Positions 24,081 to 34,478 of a stretch of DNA of 64,000 nucleotides are shown one piece after another. The notes under the pieces are model-generated. The model was not told the origin of the DNA and searched no databases. It saw only the letters and a program-made list of their open reading frames with translations. Position 1 is the stretch's first letter, and every line of letters starts with the position of its first letter. Origin of the DNA: an uncultured Nitrososphaerales archaeon (GTDB lineage Archaea > Thermoproteota > Nitrososphaeria > Nitrososphaerales > Nitrososphaeraceae). Both the position numbers and the translations under genes were made by a program. Where the stretch lies: NCBI GenBank assembly GCA_963713605.1, contig CAVQMO010000003.1, positions 320,001 to 384,000 on the forward strand. The letters are read 5' to 3'.

Positions 24081-24504
24081 AAAGTATGTATTAATTAAAT
24101 CTCGAGGTTAGAACCGTAGAAAGCGGGAAAGTACTAACTGAAAATAGTCTTGGTGGGTAAAATTGATGACGACATACAGCCTATGACTAAGACATAGTAT
24201 ATAACTTGGTTGAACGCTAGCTGAACGACTTGAACAAATTCCCCTAAGGCAAGCTATTGAACAGTGTTCTAAACTATGCCGTTCAATTTAGGTCGTTCAG
24301 TATGTTGAGCGTGAAGTCTCCTGAACGACTGTATACAAAAGGGGTTGTATACAATGGTTATATACAAATTTGTAAAAAAACAGGAATCTGTATACTCTCT
24401 CGTATACATGGCACTCTAACCAAAGAGTGGCCAATTTTAGCTAATTCTTTAGAACTAAAAGAAGATAGGAGCAAGCTGGTCACATTCCGATCTCAAGATA
24501 GCAA

Positions 24505-24863
24505 CCAAGTTTCCGTTTATTGAGAATGAGTTTAATGGAAAACGAGCTCTTGTACCTGGAGGAATTACAGGAATGGGCAAAGTAGTGCAGTAGTAAGCTG
24601 ACTTCTCGATGAAGGAGCAGAAGTCATAACGGCCGCACACAAGATAACATATGATTATGATGAAGAACGGGAGCTTGTATTTGTTCAAGCGGACCTCGGC
24701 AAGTCCGAAGGGTGTACGAAGGTGGTCAATGAGGTCATTCCTAGGGTTGGCGGAGTCGATATCCTTGTGAATGTTCCCGGGGCGTCATATGCACCAAGTG
24801 GAGGTTTTAGCGTCTTGAGCGATGAGGAGTTACTAAAAGAGCTAAACATAAATGCAACGTTAG
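24505..24863 (+). pseudogene. Short-chain dehydrogenase/reductase remnant
   Basis: FNGKRALVPGGITGMGK...VFVQADL...GGVDILVNV...APSGGF across frames. Confidence 0.75.
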
Positions 24864-24984
24864 CCTAGGCGTCCGTAAAGGCTGCATTAACTACTTATCA
24901 GATCTGGGGGGACAACGGAAAATGCTGGATCAACTATAGAATACTCTGTACTGGGATTCTATCTCAAGTTTCTACGAAGATTCC

Positions 24985-25452
24985 TCATCTGATACCCATC
25001 ATTATTCTCCTTGTTTCTGGTTGGGGAAAGATCTCGTCTAACGTTCTAGGTCTCCTGTCTTCAAAGACGACATCCGAATGCCACTTGGAACCAAAGGCCG
25101 TTAACTGGAGCAGGATAGGCATTGTATCTCTACCTTTTTCGGTAAGTTTCCACACCACCATAATTGGATGTCTCTTTCCTCCAACACACTCTATGAATCC
25201 TTCGTCTTCTAGCTCTCTTAAACGCATTGATAGTACCCTTGGTGTAAGTCCAGGGATAGATTCTAAGATTCTATTGAAACGCACTATCTTGAGGAAACCT
25301 ATATCTCTCAATATCAGCATAGTCCATTTCTTTCCAAGTACACCTAAACTAGTTTTAATTGGGCACTGAGCAAATTTGACTTGAGGCCAAATCGCACTTT
25401 CATCGTCTTTACTAGTTAATTCTGATTGCTGATCCTCGGTGAATTGTGACAA
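24985..25452 (-). CDS. HxlR-family winged-helix regulator
   Basis: CPIKTSLGVLGKKWTMLIL, RFNRI, PRVLSMRLRELE, LTEKG. Confidence 0.92.
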   Translation of the reverse strand: MSQFTEDQQSELTSKDDESAIWPQVKFAQCPIKTSLGVLGKKWTMLILRDIGFLKIVRFNRILESIPGLTPRVLSMRLRELEDEGFIECVGGKRHPIMVVWKLTEKGRDTMPILLQLTAFGSKWHSDVVFEDRRPRTLDEIFPQPETRRIMMGIR

Positions 25453-25907
25453 CTATACTTATGATCCATTTCATGTTTATAAACTATATTTTGTATATCA
25501 GTCCTCGAAGCAATCCACCATGCCTGAAATAAAAATTAATGCAGATAACATTTTGATTAGCTAAAGCACCACGAGCCATTCCTAAGTAAGTAAATTTCCT
25601 ACCCTAAATCCATATTCATAGTGATTCTTGTTGTCCCGTCTGCCTCTAATGCTTCTCCATCGATTATGCTTTTCCAACAAACTACGGGTGAAGAGGAACA
25701 ATTACGATTAGAATATAAGATATCTCCACCAAAATGAATAGGTCTCAATTTAGAAAAGACTATTAAAGACTTGTCCTTTGAAATCGTGGATACAACATCT
25801 TCGCATCATCTTGCATACGTCGTTGGAATTCAAATGCAAAACTGATTGGAGATTAAGGAGTATCGTGTTATTGCATGGATCGCCACAAACGTGGTATGAA
25901 TGGATCT

Positions 25908-27426
25908 TCATACGCTATGTGCTGTTCTTCTTAACAGTAATGCAAATCCTACTGTGATACCCGAAAGTAATCCTGCTGTGAGAAATATTAGATTATAAGA
26001 TCCAGCAGATGGGTAAGATCCATCGATTCCTTCAATAGTCTCGTGATTTGCCATATACACCCCAGCTAATGCAGGGCCTATTGCCATTCCAATAAACAAT
26101 AAAAGGGCGCCAACTCCTACCGAAATACCAGTGAACTCTTTTGGTGAAGACGAGACGACCATATTCCAGGTAGCTGTCATTGTTATCGATAGCCCACTTG
26201 CGACTATGGCCAGACTTGTAGATAACGCGAATTCTGTTGAATGAAATAAGGTTAACCCAAGTGCACCGACTAGGCTAATTACTCCACCAATTATCATGGG
26301 TTTTATACTTCCTATTCGATTTATGATAAGCGGAGTGATACTGGCAAATACCAAGAACGTGATCATGAAAGGCAGCTGAACATTGGCGGCATCTACTGAA
26401 TCTCCTCCAAATCCTAGTGGAATGGGGCTTCTAACTAACTGGACTATGGTTGGATAAATCATAAACATGGTGATACCAGCAGCTATCAACAAGATGTATG
26501 AAGGTAGAAGGATCTTGTGTTTTAGTAACCTTAAGTCCAGAAAAGGAGGCACGATCCTTCTCTCCAAGAAAACAAAGATCGATAATGAAATTGCAGATAC
26601 CACAAATGCGCCAGCGATCTGCAGGATATTCTGGGAGTTAACGCCGATCTGTATGAGTGTAAAAGCGATCAGAAATGACGTGATTGTAACAGAAAGTGCC
26701 CCTACGCCCTTGATGTCTATTGGAAATGATGCGCGCTTTCGTCTCGAGGTATTATCCGTAGTATCTTCCGAATTTGTGTGATGAATCTTTTTATCTTTGA
26801 CAAATTTGGCGATCATTATCGTTACTACAGCAGAAAAAGGAATTATGGCCAAGAAAGTTGAATGCCATCCAAAGTTTTGAATAATGCTAGCCCCTACCAA
26901 TAGGCCAACCACCGAACCTGCAGAATAGGCAGATCCAAATACCCCTACAGCTATGGCGAGTTTGGCGGGAGGGAAAGTATCTCTAAGAAGACTAAAGGCA
27001 GCAGGAACAGCCGCTAAACCAACGCCTTGGATTATCCTGGTGACAAGTAGAGCTGATATGTTGTCAGCAAAGCCGCCTGTAACAAGCCCAACTATATATA
27101 TTGTAAGTAATACGAGCAACACTTTCTTTTTCCCATATAGATCAGAAAGCCTGCCTGCAACGGGTGTCATTACAGCAGCAACAATAAGATACGCACTGAA
27201 TATCCATGCTCGCTGTACCATAAGTTATGTTAAAGTCCTGTATAATCTCTGGGATTGCAGGAAGGAGCATAGTCTCTGAAAAAAAGACTGTCAGCAGAGT
27301 GCTGCTGAGTAGCGCAAGAGTAAACCACGCAGTGCGACTAACAGTAATTGTTTTTCCAGCACCTCCCTCTATGGGACTTACTCTGTTTTCTGTTAGCTCG
27401 GGTTTATCGATTCTACGCATCCTCAT
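25908..27426 (-). CDS. MFS transporter (DHA2-like), paralog of 121-1641, +1 frameshift near 27210
   Basis: FFSETMLLPAIP...YGTA, one extra A, then AWIFSAY; GRLSDLYGKK; shared PxGFGG..A..VQLPFM signature. Confidence 0.88.
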
Positions 27427-27440
27427 TGTTAGATAATTAG

Positions 27441-27461
27441 CATTATTTATCGTTAACGGAA
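27441..27461 (-). promoter_or_regulatory. Promoter/operator motif upstream of MFS
   Basis: CATTATTTATCGTTAACGGAA; minus strand has TATA-like ATAAATAA; near-identical copy at 28071. Confidence 0.6.
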
Positions 27462-27525
27462 ACAGAGCTCCCAATAGCTGACATGCTACTTATTTTATTG
27501 TCCCAGTAAATACAGTCAACTATGT

Positions 27526-27921
27526 TTAGATCCCTCCTCTCTTGATAGAGTCGGAGAACCAACAACCTAGAGTAGTAGGGGCTCCCGTAATTTCGATAAT
27601 GCCCTTTAAATCGGAAATATTCTTTAACATATCTAATGATAGCTCTTGATTTATGACGTAGTGGGTGCCATTATCATACACTGTAGCCATTGCTCCCATT
27701 ATTTTATATATGAATTCACTCGTCTTTGCCGAATCTACGTCTTTCTTAGTGTATATCTCCAAGGTATACGTCGGTGTAACACCAGGATTCTCTCGCAAGC
27801 GATTCAAAAGATCATAAATGAGATCTGGATCAACGTTTGGCAAATACCTTTGGAATAAGCCTTGCAGTTCATCGAAATGCCTTCTAATTCTCTGCATTTC
27901 ATATAAATCAATATTAGTCAT
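27526..27921 (-). CDS. Hypothetical protein
   Basis: 131-aa ORF co-oriented with and upstream of the MFS (YDNGTHYV segment). Confidence 0.7.
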   Translation of the reverse strand: MTNIDLYEMQRIRRHFDELQGLFQRYLPNVDPDLIYDLLNRLRENPGVTPTYTLEIYTKKDVDSAKTSEFIYKIMGAMATVYDNGTHYVINQELSLDMLKNISDLKGIIEITGAPTTLGCWFSDSIKRGGI

Positions 27922-28070
27922 TAGCTGGAAACCAATCCGGGACGCAACGCTATCGTCTTGAAAAGAAAATAACCTACCAGATTCTTTGAATATGTCCTGT
28001 CTGACGGTATCAGGTACAAGTGGGAATTGCTAATAGTTTCACCACTAGCCACACAATAATATAAGCTCTA

Positions 28071-28091
28071 CATTATTTATCGTTAGCGGAA
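28071..28091 (-). promoter_or_regulatory. Second copy of the promoter/operator motif
   Basis: CATTATTTATCGTTAGCGGAA, 20/21 identical to 27441-27461, in the divergent region before the Lrp gene. Confidence 0.6.
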
Positions 28092-28152
28092 GCAATACTC
28101 CAAACAATGAACAGTAAGTTTAAATCATTGACTCCTCTTAGTAAAGGGAACC

Positions 28153-29163
28153 ATGCAAATTCAGCGGCTTTTTTTGGATGAAAAAGATCTCAAAATTATT
28201 AGAATTCTGTCAAAAGATTGTAGAGAATCCTTCATGAGTATAGGATCTGCCATTGGTATGACATCCAAGAGTGTGAAAGCCAGAGTGGACAGAATGATCT
28301 CCAGTGGGGTAATTGAAAAATTTGTCCTTAAAGTAAATCCAGTTGCACTTGGATACGGAATTGGTTGTATGCTCATCGTACGTGAACATACTGCAAATAT
28401 AGATGATATTATCAATCGATTGAATCTAGTTGGAGATGTATCAATTCACTCCAAATGCATGGGAGGCATTTCTACGTTTTGTCTAGCTATAAAGGAAGGG
28501 CATGAGGATAAGCTTAGACTTCTCCTTGATTCACTTAAACCCGCTAGCGTCCGTATCATGTTTACAAGCAAATTATCACATTCGTCGTCAGCTTCAGATT
28601 CAACACTACCATCATCAAATATGAGTAAAAGATATGAACTCACAGAGACAGATCTAAGAATAATTAAATGTCTTATATCCAACCCTAGGATGGAAATGAA
28701 TGATATAGCTAGAGCGACTTCCATATCAGGTAGAACAGTTAACCGAAGACTGACAAAGTTGAAGGAGGATAACGTGCTAAAATTCTTTATCTTGTGTAAC
28801 CCTGTTCATACCGTAGGGTATATTCAATTTGCACTTGTAGTAAATACACTTGACAGGTCATCTTACCATCAGATAGTTGGGCACATTTACGAACAATTAG
28901 GTGAGAATATCCTTTTCCAGCTTCCTATAACTGATCCAGATAATGTATTAACTTTTCTTTTATTTAGCCAAGATATCTTCGCAGCTGATGGCATTCTGAA
29001 GAAAGTTGAATCGTTTGATGGTGTGAAAAGGGTTGAACTGTTTATGCTCACGGATACAACCTCTTATGACGAATGGGTGCTAAGGGAGATAGACAAAAAA
29101 CTGAATATCCCTATTACAAGACACAATGAAGATTTGGGGCCTCTTCTAGAGATTAGCAGTTAG
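28153..29163 (+). CDS. Tandem (double) Lrp/AsnC-family regulator
   Basis: Two HTH units: LDEKDLKIIRIL...VKARVDRM and LTETDLRIIKCL...TVNRRLTKL. Confidence 0.88.
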   Translation: MQIQRLFLDEKDLKIIRILSKDCRESFMSIGSAIGMTSKSVKARVDRMISSGVIEKFVLKVNPVALGYGIGCMLIVREHTANIDDIINRLNLVGDVSIHSKCMGGISTFCLAIKEGHEDKLRLLLDSLKPASVRIMFTSKLSHSSSASDSTLPSSNMSKRYELTETDLRIIKCLISNPRMEMNDIARATSISGRTVNRRLTKLKEDNVLKFFILCNPVHTVGYIQFALVVNTLDRSSYHQIVGHIYEQLGENILFQLPITDPDNVLTFLLFSQDIFAADGILKKVESFDGVKRVELFMLTDTTSYDEWVLREIDKKLNIPITRHNEDLGPLLEISS

Positions 29164-29617
29164 TATAAATCGTTTCTTCTGACCCTTAAATTAATTCATA
29201 AATTCTTGATGTTCTATTTGCCAGAAACCATCGATAATTCTTGATCTGGACAACTTATCAGAGCTGGCTGTGTCTGTGGAATGAATAAACCATTAATTAT
29301 GTTCCCTCAATACTAAGAGGAGTTGGCACATATCATTGACACCTGTTTCTTTATATCTTCTTGCTAACGAGTTATAGTAGACAATTTAGATACCCAAAAT
29401 ATGATTACTTTATTTTGCGACGGACTGAATGTCTGCCGATATGTGTTAATGCGAGTAATTGCGTAATAGAGACTAGAATGCAATTTATTGTCTGCGCAAA
29501 CGTCATGATAGACCTTATAACTCATGAAATTAAGGGGTTAAGTCAGATACTAATATCAGCTGTCTGTTATTTGGAGCATTACTACCATTAACGTTAAATC
29601 ATTCAAGGGTTAATAAA

Positions 29618-30772
29618 ATGGTATTGGATACTTACAATGAAACGGATGCCGACTCCAAATCTCTTCAACATCTGGGTCCCGTTTGCAATTCAACATTGAG
29701 GGATGAATCGGCTCAACATCGAGCTGAATCCGGGAAGAATGACAATAAAATGAATATTCATGAGGAGCCTCACATCTTCGAAAAAGTTCTAGTCGTTGGC
29801 TTAGGTCAACTGGGCTTGCCAGTAGCAAAGTATCTTATTGACAGAGGTTTTGAAACCTATGGATACGATCTCAATAACACAGCTATGGAGCGGGCTGAGA
29901 GAATAGCTTCTGTAAGAAAAGCCACCAACCTTAATGAGATTGATGTATTCATTATTTGCGTTTCGACTCACAAGCCTGAGGATATGTTTTCCCCTCAGGT
30001 AGATGGATTATTATCGATAGTTAAGGAAATTTCAAGGGGAGCCAAGAATGGTGCACTTGTTTCTATAGAGAGTACTATTCCCAGAGGAACTTCTAAAAAG
30101 ATATTTGAGATGCTCAACCATAGATTACATGTAGCACATGCACCTCATAGGTTTTATTCATTGGAAGAAAAAGATCATGGAATCAACCAGCTCCGTGTTA
30201 TAGGAGGAGTATGCGACTGTTGTCTTAAGAATGCCATACGGTTCTATGGTTATTCAACGGATGCTGGTAAGGATGTTATTATGAATAGTAAAGAAGGTAG
30301 TTGTAACAGTATTGTCATTCAGGGCAGTACCACTGGAGGACAATACTACAGGAATGATATAGCTAGGAATAGGAGCCAGGAAAGTACCAAGAATTTAGGG
30401 ATACCTTTGCATCCTGTATCTAACATAGAGATAGCCGAGATATCAAAGATTGCGGAAAATGCCCATAGATACTTACAAATAGCTTTTGCAGAAGATCTCT
30501 ATTTATATAGCCAGGCAAACGAAATAAACTTTGCAGAATTAAGAGAAGCTCTGAATACTAAATGGAATGTAAATATACTTGAGCCGAGGGACGGAATAGG
30601 TGGACACTGCTTGCCCAAGGATACCAAGATGTTCCTGCAATCTTCACGTTCTCCAAACAAGAGTAAAATATTAGACGCTGCCATCGAAGTCGACCGCGCC
30701 TATAGAGAATATAGACAGGCAAAAGATATTGCTTCGAAGCAGAGAACTGGTAATCTGAAATCCCAGACCTAA
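29618..30772 (+). CDS. UDP-glucose/GDP-mannose dehydrogenase family protein lacking the C-terminal domain
   Basis: GLGQLG Rossmann motif, IESTIP.G, AEISKIAEN, GIGGHCLPKD; ends about 45 aa after the catalytic Cys. Confidence 0.85.
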   Translation: MVLDTYNETDADSKSLQHLGPVCNSTLRDESAQHRAESGKNDNKMNIHEEPHIFEKVLVVGLGQLGLPVAKYLIDRGFETYGYDLNNTAMERAERIASVRKATNLNEIDVFIICVSTHKPEDMFSPQVDGLLSIVKEISRGAKNGALVSIESTIPRGTSKKIFEMLNHRLHVAHAPHRFYSLEEKDHGINQLRVIGGVCDCCLKNAIRFYGYSTDAGKDVIMNSKEGSCNSIVIQGSTTGGQYYRNDIARNRSQESTKNLGIPLHPVSNIEIAEISKIAENAHRYLQIAFAEDLYLYSQANEINFAELREALNTKWNVNILEPRDGIGGHCLPKDTKMFLQSSRSPNKSKILDAAIEVDRAYREYRQAKDIASKQRTGNLKSQT

Positions 30773-30775
30773 CTG

Positions 30776-31054
30776 ATGGCAGCATTAAAAACAGTTATTG
30801 GGCATCAATTGGAGAATCAGAAAACAAAATATATTGCGTATGTCGCTTTTCTGGTTCTTACATCCATGCTGGTAGTTTACTCTGTCATGCTGCTTCTTCA
30901 GGATATTTCAATTTTTGGCAAATCAGACGAGCAAACCATCCAGTTTTACTTGTCCATCTCAAGTATTGTTTCTTCCTCTTCCTCTTCAAATCCAACTGAT
31001 ATTGGAACAGTTACCCAAATAATGACCAAACCGCAAACATTAATAGCGACTTAG
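30776..31054 (+). CDS. Small membrane-anchored hypothetical protein
   Basis: Starts 3 nt after the dehydrogenase stop; one hydrophobic helix. Confidence 0.5.
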   Translation: MAALKTVIGHQLENQKTKYIAYVAFLVLTSMLVVYSVMLLLQDISIFGKSDEQTIQFYLSISSIVSSSSSSNPTDIGTVTQIMTKPQTLIAT

Positions 31055-31555
31055 GCTCCAGGTATATCGTCGCCAACAATTGAGATAGATCGTAACATTT
31101 CCGTCGAGTTAATCAATAAGAGAATAGACGACAGTTCAGTGGATATTAAAGACTCTCAGGGATTCTATCCTGTCTGTAACATACTCGGTGATCCCGCCGG
31201 AATTTGAAAGATAAATTGCTACACTATTGGACTGTAGAGTATAGAATTCTGCCTAAAAAAGACTCGTGTTGTCACCTAATCGGAGCCACAGTTCCGTCAT
31301 GGCTAAATAAAAGGACACTATTAATGTACTTATGAGAGCCCCGCAAGAAATTGTGATTTGTGAATACAATTATTATGGGAATTCATCTTATTGCAATCAT
31401 CAGAATGAACAAAGGCATGATAAAATTAACTTTCCAGTTTGTGGCATTAAGAATACAATAATAGGAAGCTCGAACTCAAGGAGCAAACATATTTACAATC
31501 TCCAGGAGTACGACAAGGCCTTTAGGACAGTGATTTCAATAATTTTACCTCAAAT

Positions 31556-31750
31556 ATGAAGAAGATTTCTTTGCCTTGCAAGTGTAAATTAGGATGGGAC
31601 GAAACAGAAATTTCTTTGATTATGTGTAATATTCATTATAATGCGTACCTTGATGCAGGGTTTAATACTCCAGCAGACGATTTTATCAAGCTCGTGGCCA
31701 GTCCTAAAGGCTCACATTACTCTCATGAAATACTAGAAAGTCTAAGGTAG
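31556..31750 (+). CDS. Small putative metal-binding protein (CxC...CxxH)
   Basis: MKKISLPCKCKLGW...IMCNIHY. Confidence 0.5.
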   Translation: MKKISLPCKCKLGWDETEISLIMCNIHYNAYLDAGFNTPADDFIKLVASPKGSHYSHEILESLR

Positions 31751-32071
31751 ATTGATTGAGATCATAAACCGTGTTGAGCTAGATCTCGTTCATGGTTTGG
31801 TTTCCAGGTTTTATGTCCTTCCTAGAGAAGGGACTTTTCTAGATGACATATCCTTAATGTCTGGACATTTACTCCGAACCGAGTAATACTTTTTGCTGTT
31901 ATCATTTTGTTGTCATTGTTGTTCTACCAACTATCGCTATTTGATTCGCGTTCAAACTTCTGGGATTAGGCTGACACAAGAAAAACCTCTATATAATACG
32001 TATGAGGCAAGATGCTACAACGCATAGTAAACCAATAATTTATTATAATTTGTAGCCTAAACATAATAGAT

Positions 32072-32692
32072 ATGTCAAGAGAGATGAAGGCTAACGAAAG
32101 CCCCAATCATTTTATGGTCCTGGATGCAATTGGTCGAGGTATGAATACAGCCGACAAGATTAGTAAGGTGACTAAACTTGATATAACAGAGGTTGAACTG
32201 ATACTTAACGATCTTACTGTCCAGCGTTTGGTGAACCGAATGGAAAAAAAAGGCTTCTTTAGAAGCAAAAAAATAGAATTCGCGATTAATGAAACGGGTC
32301 ATGGCTTGTTGAATTCGAAGAAGCGTGAGTTAGAGCAAAAGACCAAAGACATTCAACAGGCGTACGGTAACGGTAACACTGCTCAGTTGCAGTCATTCAT
32401 GGGAACAGATAGGGCCTGGATACCTTTCCTGTTGTTTTCTGGCTTACTTGACGTCGTGTTCTTCGCTTCAATGATGTCATTTATGGGGATGGCAATGAGT
32501 CCCCAGGAAAGCTCAATGGCCGGCGATGCTGGAGGGGCATCTGAGTCCGCTTCGGGTTCAGATACAACAGGCCAAGAAGACTCGGGTGCTGCTGACGCTG
32601 GAAGTGACAGTGGGGGCGGAGACTTCGAAGGGGGAGGATTTGACAGTTCTGGAGGTTCAGGAATGGATTTCGGGGGTGATTTTAACTTTTAA
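32072..32692 (+). CDS. Winged-helix protein with hydrophobic segment and Gly/Ser/Asp-rich tail
   Basis: FMVLDAI...ELILNDL...FAINETG; TM-like WIPFLLFSG; tail GGDFEGGGFD. Confidence 0.8.
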   Translation: MSREMKANESPNHFMVLDAIGRGMNTADKISKVTKLDITEVELILNDLTVQRLVNRMEKKGFFRSKKIEFAINETGHGLLNSKKRELEQKTKDIQQAYGNGNTAQLQSFMGTDRAWIPFLLFSGLLDVVFFASMMSFMGMAMSPQESSMAGDAGGASESASGSDTTGQEDSGAADAGSDSGGGDFEGGGFDSSGGSGMDFGGDFNF

Positions 32693-32836
32693 TAGTCAGA
32701 AGACAAATAGTTTGATACAACTCAGAGCCTCTTCTAACTTCTTGTTTCAATCCAAGTACTAATTTCCTAGGGCGATCGCCTTTTTGTTCCGGTTAGTTGG
32801 TTGAAAAATCAAATAGGATGAAGGATTGGCCTTGGT

Positions 32837-33232
32837 TCATCGCATACAACTAGCCATAGCCTGACTATCAATTATACAGTTTGCTGCCATCCTCGAGCTT
32901 GATAAAGAGCCTCCTGTGACAAACTCTATCGCTTGACTTGAATTCATTGATGTACCCTGAGAGCCCATATTTAATAATGACAGCTGTATCTCTGCTAGGT
33001 TTATTTGACGAAGTGCTGCAATTGTATCTCCTTTCGTTAATAACGCATCGGCAGTCTTTAAATGAAATCTTGTTAATTCTATCATTGGAGCTGTCATGTT
33101 TCCATCGTTGGCGGCTTGTGCGGTAGCTTGAGGAATAATGGCAGTAAACTTGCTGCTTGATACTGATATCAAACTGCCTATTATTAACACCGTAATAATA
33201 AATTCAAGGTAATTTTCGAAAGTCTGAGCCAT
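32837..33232 (-). CDS. Secreted hypothetical protein
   Basis: MAQTFENYLEFIITVLIIGS signal peptide; the track's 5' extension overlaps another gene fragment. Confidence 0.55.
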   Translation of the reverse strand: MAQTFENYLEFIITVLIIGSLISVSSSKFTAIIPQATAQAANDGNMTAPMIELTRFHLKTADALLTKGDTIAALRQINLAEIQLSLLNMGSQGTSMNSSQAIEFVTGGSLSSSRMAANCIIDSQAMASCMR

Positions 33233-33279
33233 ATAATATCCATTTAAATGGCTCGTTGTTATAAGATTTCTCTTTTGTA

Positions 33280-33581
33280 TCCTTCTGTCGAAGCTTATTC
33301 TCACGAAGTGAGCAGTTGTGGTTTCTGGCCAGGAGGTGGTCCAGTTGATCAACCCGTATTTCACGCCTATGCCTATACCGAACCTCGTGGCTTCAAGGAC
33401 TATCCGATCAAGCCATCAGAAGCGTTCTACCATACTGGTATGGGTGAGTTCTTGTTGCCCTACGATATAGTCCGTACCTCGAAAAATCCTGACGATGTCT
33501 TGCTTTCCTTTCTACAAAGTACTTATGAGGCAGCTCGCAAATTGTGCCAAATGGGATAGACATGCACTGGAGCGCCAATAA
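33280..33581 (+). pseudogene. C-terminal fragment of a DUF5996-like protein
   Basis: EAYSHEVSSCGFWPGGG...AYAYTEP...GEFLLPYD...FLQSTYEAA, extra C, ANCAKWDRHALER. Confidence 0.8.
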
Positions 33582-33907
33582 GCAAATAGGAAATCGGTAT
33601 CATCTTACCAATGACATGTTGGTTCACGTTGGTTCATAATGAAATACCTTATGCTGCTTCTATTTGTGATATAATCATATCTCTAATAAGGTATCTGTGA
33701 CAATGATCTCCCACATTATAGCACTGGCATAACAAAGTGACATGTATATTTCTACTCAACTGCCTAAGCTCTTGAATTTATCCAAATTTTGGGGATTATT
33801 TATTATTTCAGTTAAAAATCATCTTTTATTTTCAAGCCAATCTATAATTTTGTCTTTCATGTAGTTCTTATACACCAACTGAAATAAAGGGACCGAATTC
33901 TAAAGTT

Positions 33908-34432
33908 CTACCTTTGGATCCATGGAAATTGTTTATACTTTTTGTAGTATTCAACTAATCCTCCTTCCAATAACATCTTCTGCATGAATTCCGGGACTTT
34001 TCTAGCAAGAAAAGTCTCTTTGGTTCTAGTATTTTCGACAGTATACCTAGTTATGTCGATCTTAAGTTCATCCTTCTGAACTACCTTCCCTTTTATTTCT
34101 GGTATTTCAAATGCGGGCAATCCTATTGTAAAGGCATTCCTATAAAAAATGCGTGCAAAACTCTCAGCTATAACTGCAGAAATGCCTGCATATTTTAATG
34201 CTACTGGGGCCTGTTCTCTGCTAGAGCCTCCTCCAAAATTTCGACCTGCTATTATTATGTCATTCTTGGAGATTTTTTTGTGAAAATCTGGATCGTATCC
34301 ATACATAGCATATTTAGCCAATTCATATGGATCATTGGTCCTGCTTTTGAATCTGAAGGGTATTATTATATCTGTATTGATATTATCTCCAAATACCCAG
34401 GCCTTTCCTTTTATAATATTAGTATTGGTCAT
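33908..34432 (-). CDS. leuD: 3-isopropylmalate dehydratase/homoaconitase small subunit
   Basis: [33 protein letters not shown]. Confidence 0.9.
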   Translation of the reverse strand: MTNTNIIKGKAWVFGDNINTDIIIPFRFKSRTNDPYELAKYAMYGYDPDFHKKISKNDIIIAGRNFGGGSSREQAPVALKYAGISAVIAESFARIFYRNAFTIGLPAFEIPEIKGKVVQKDELKIDITRYTVENTRTKETFLARKVPEFMQKMLLEGGLVEYYKKYKQFPWIQR

Positions 34433-34478
34433 AGTCGTTGGATGTTCATAATATTGATGATGAAATCATTATTCATAA

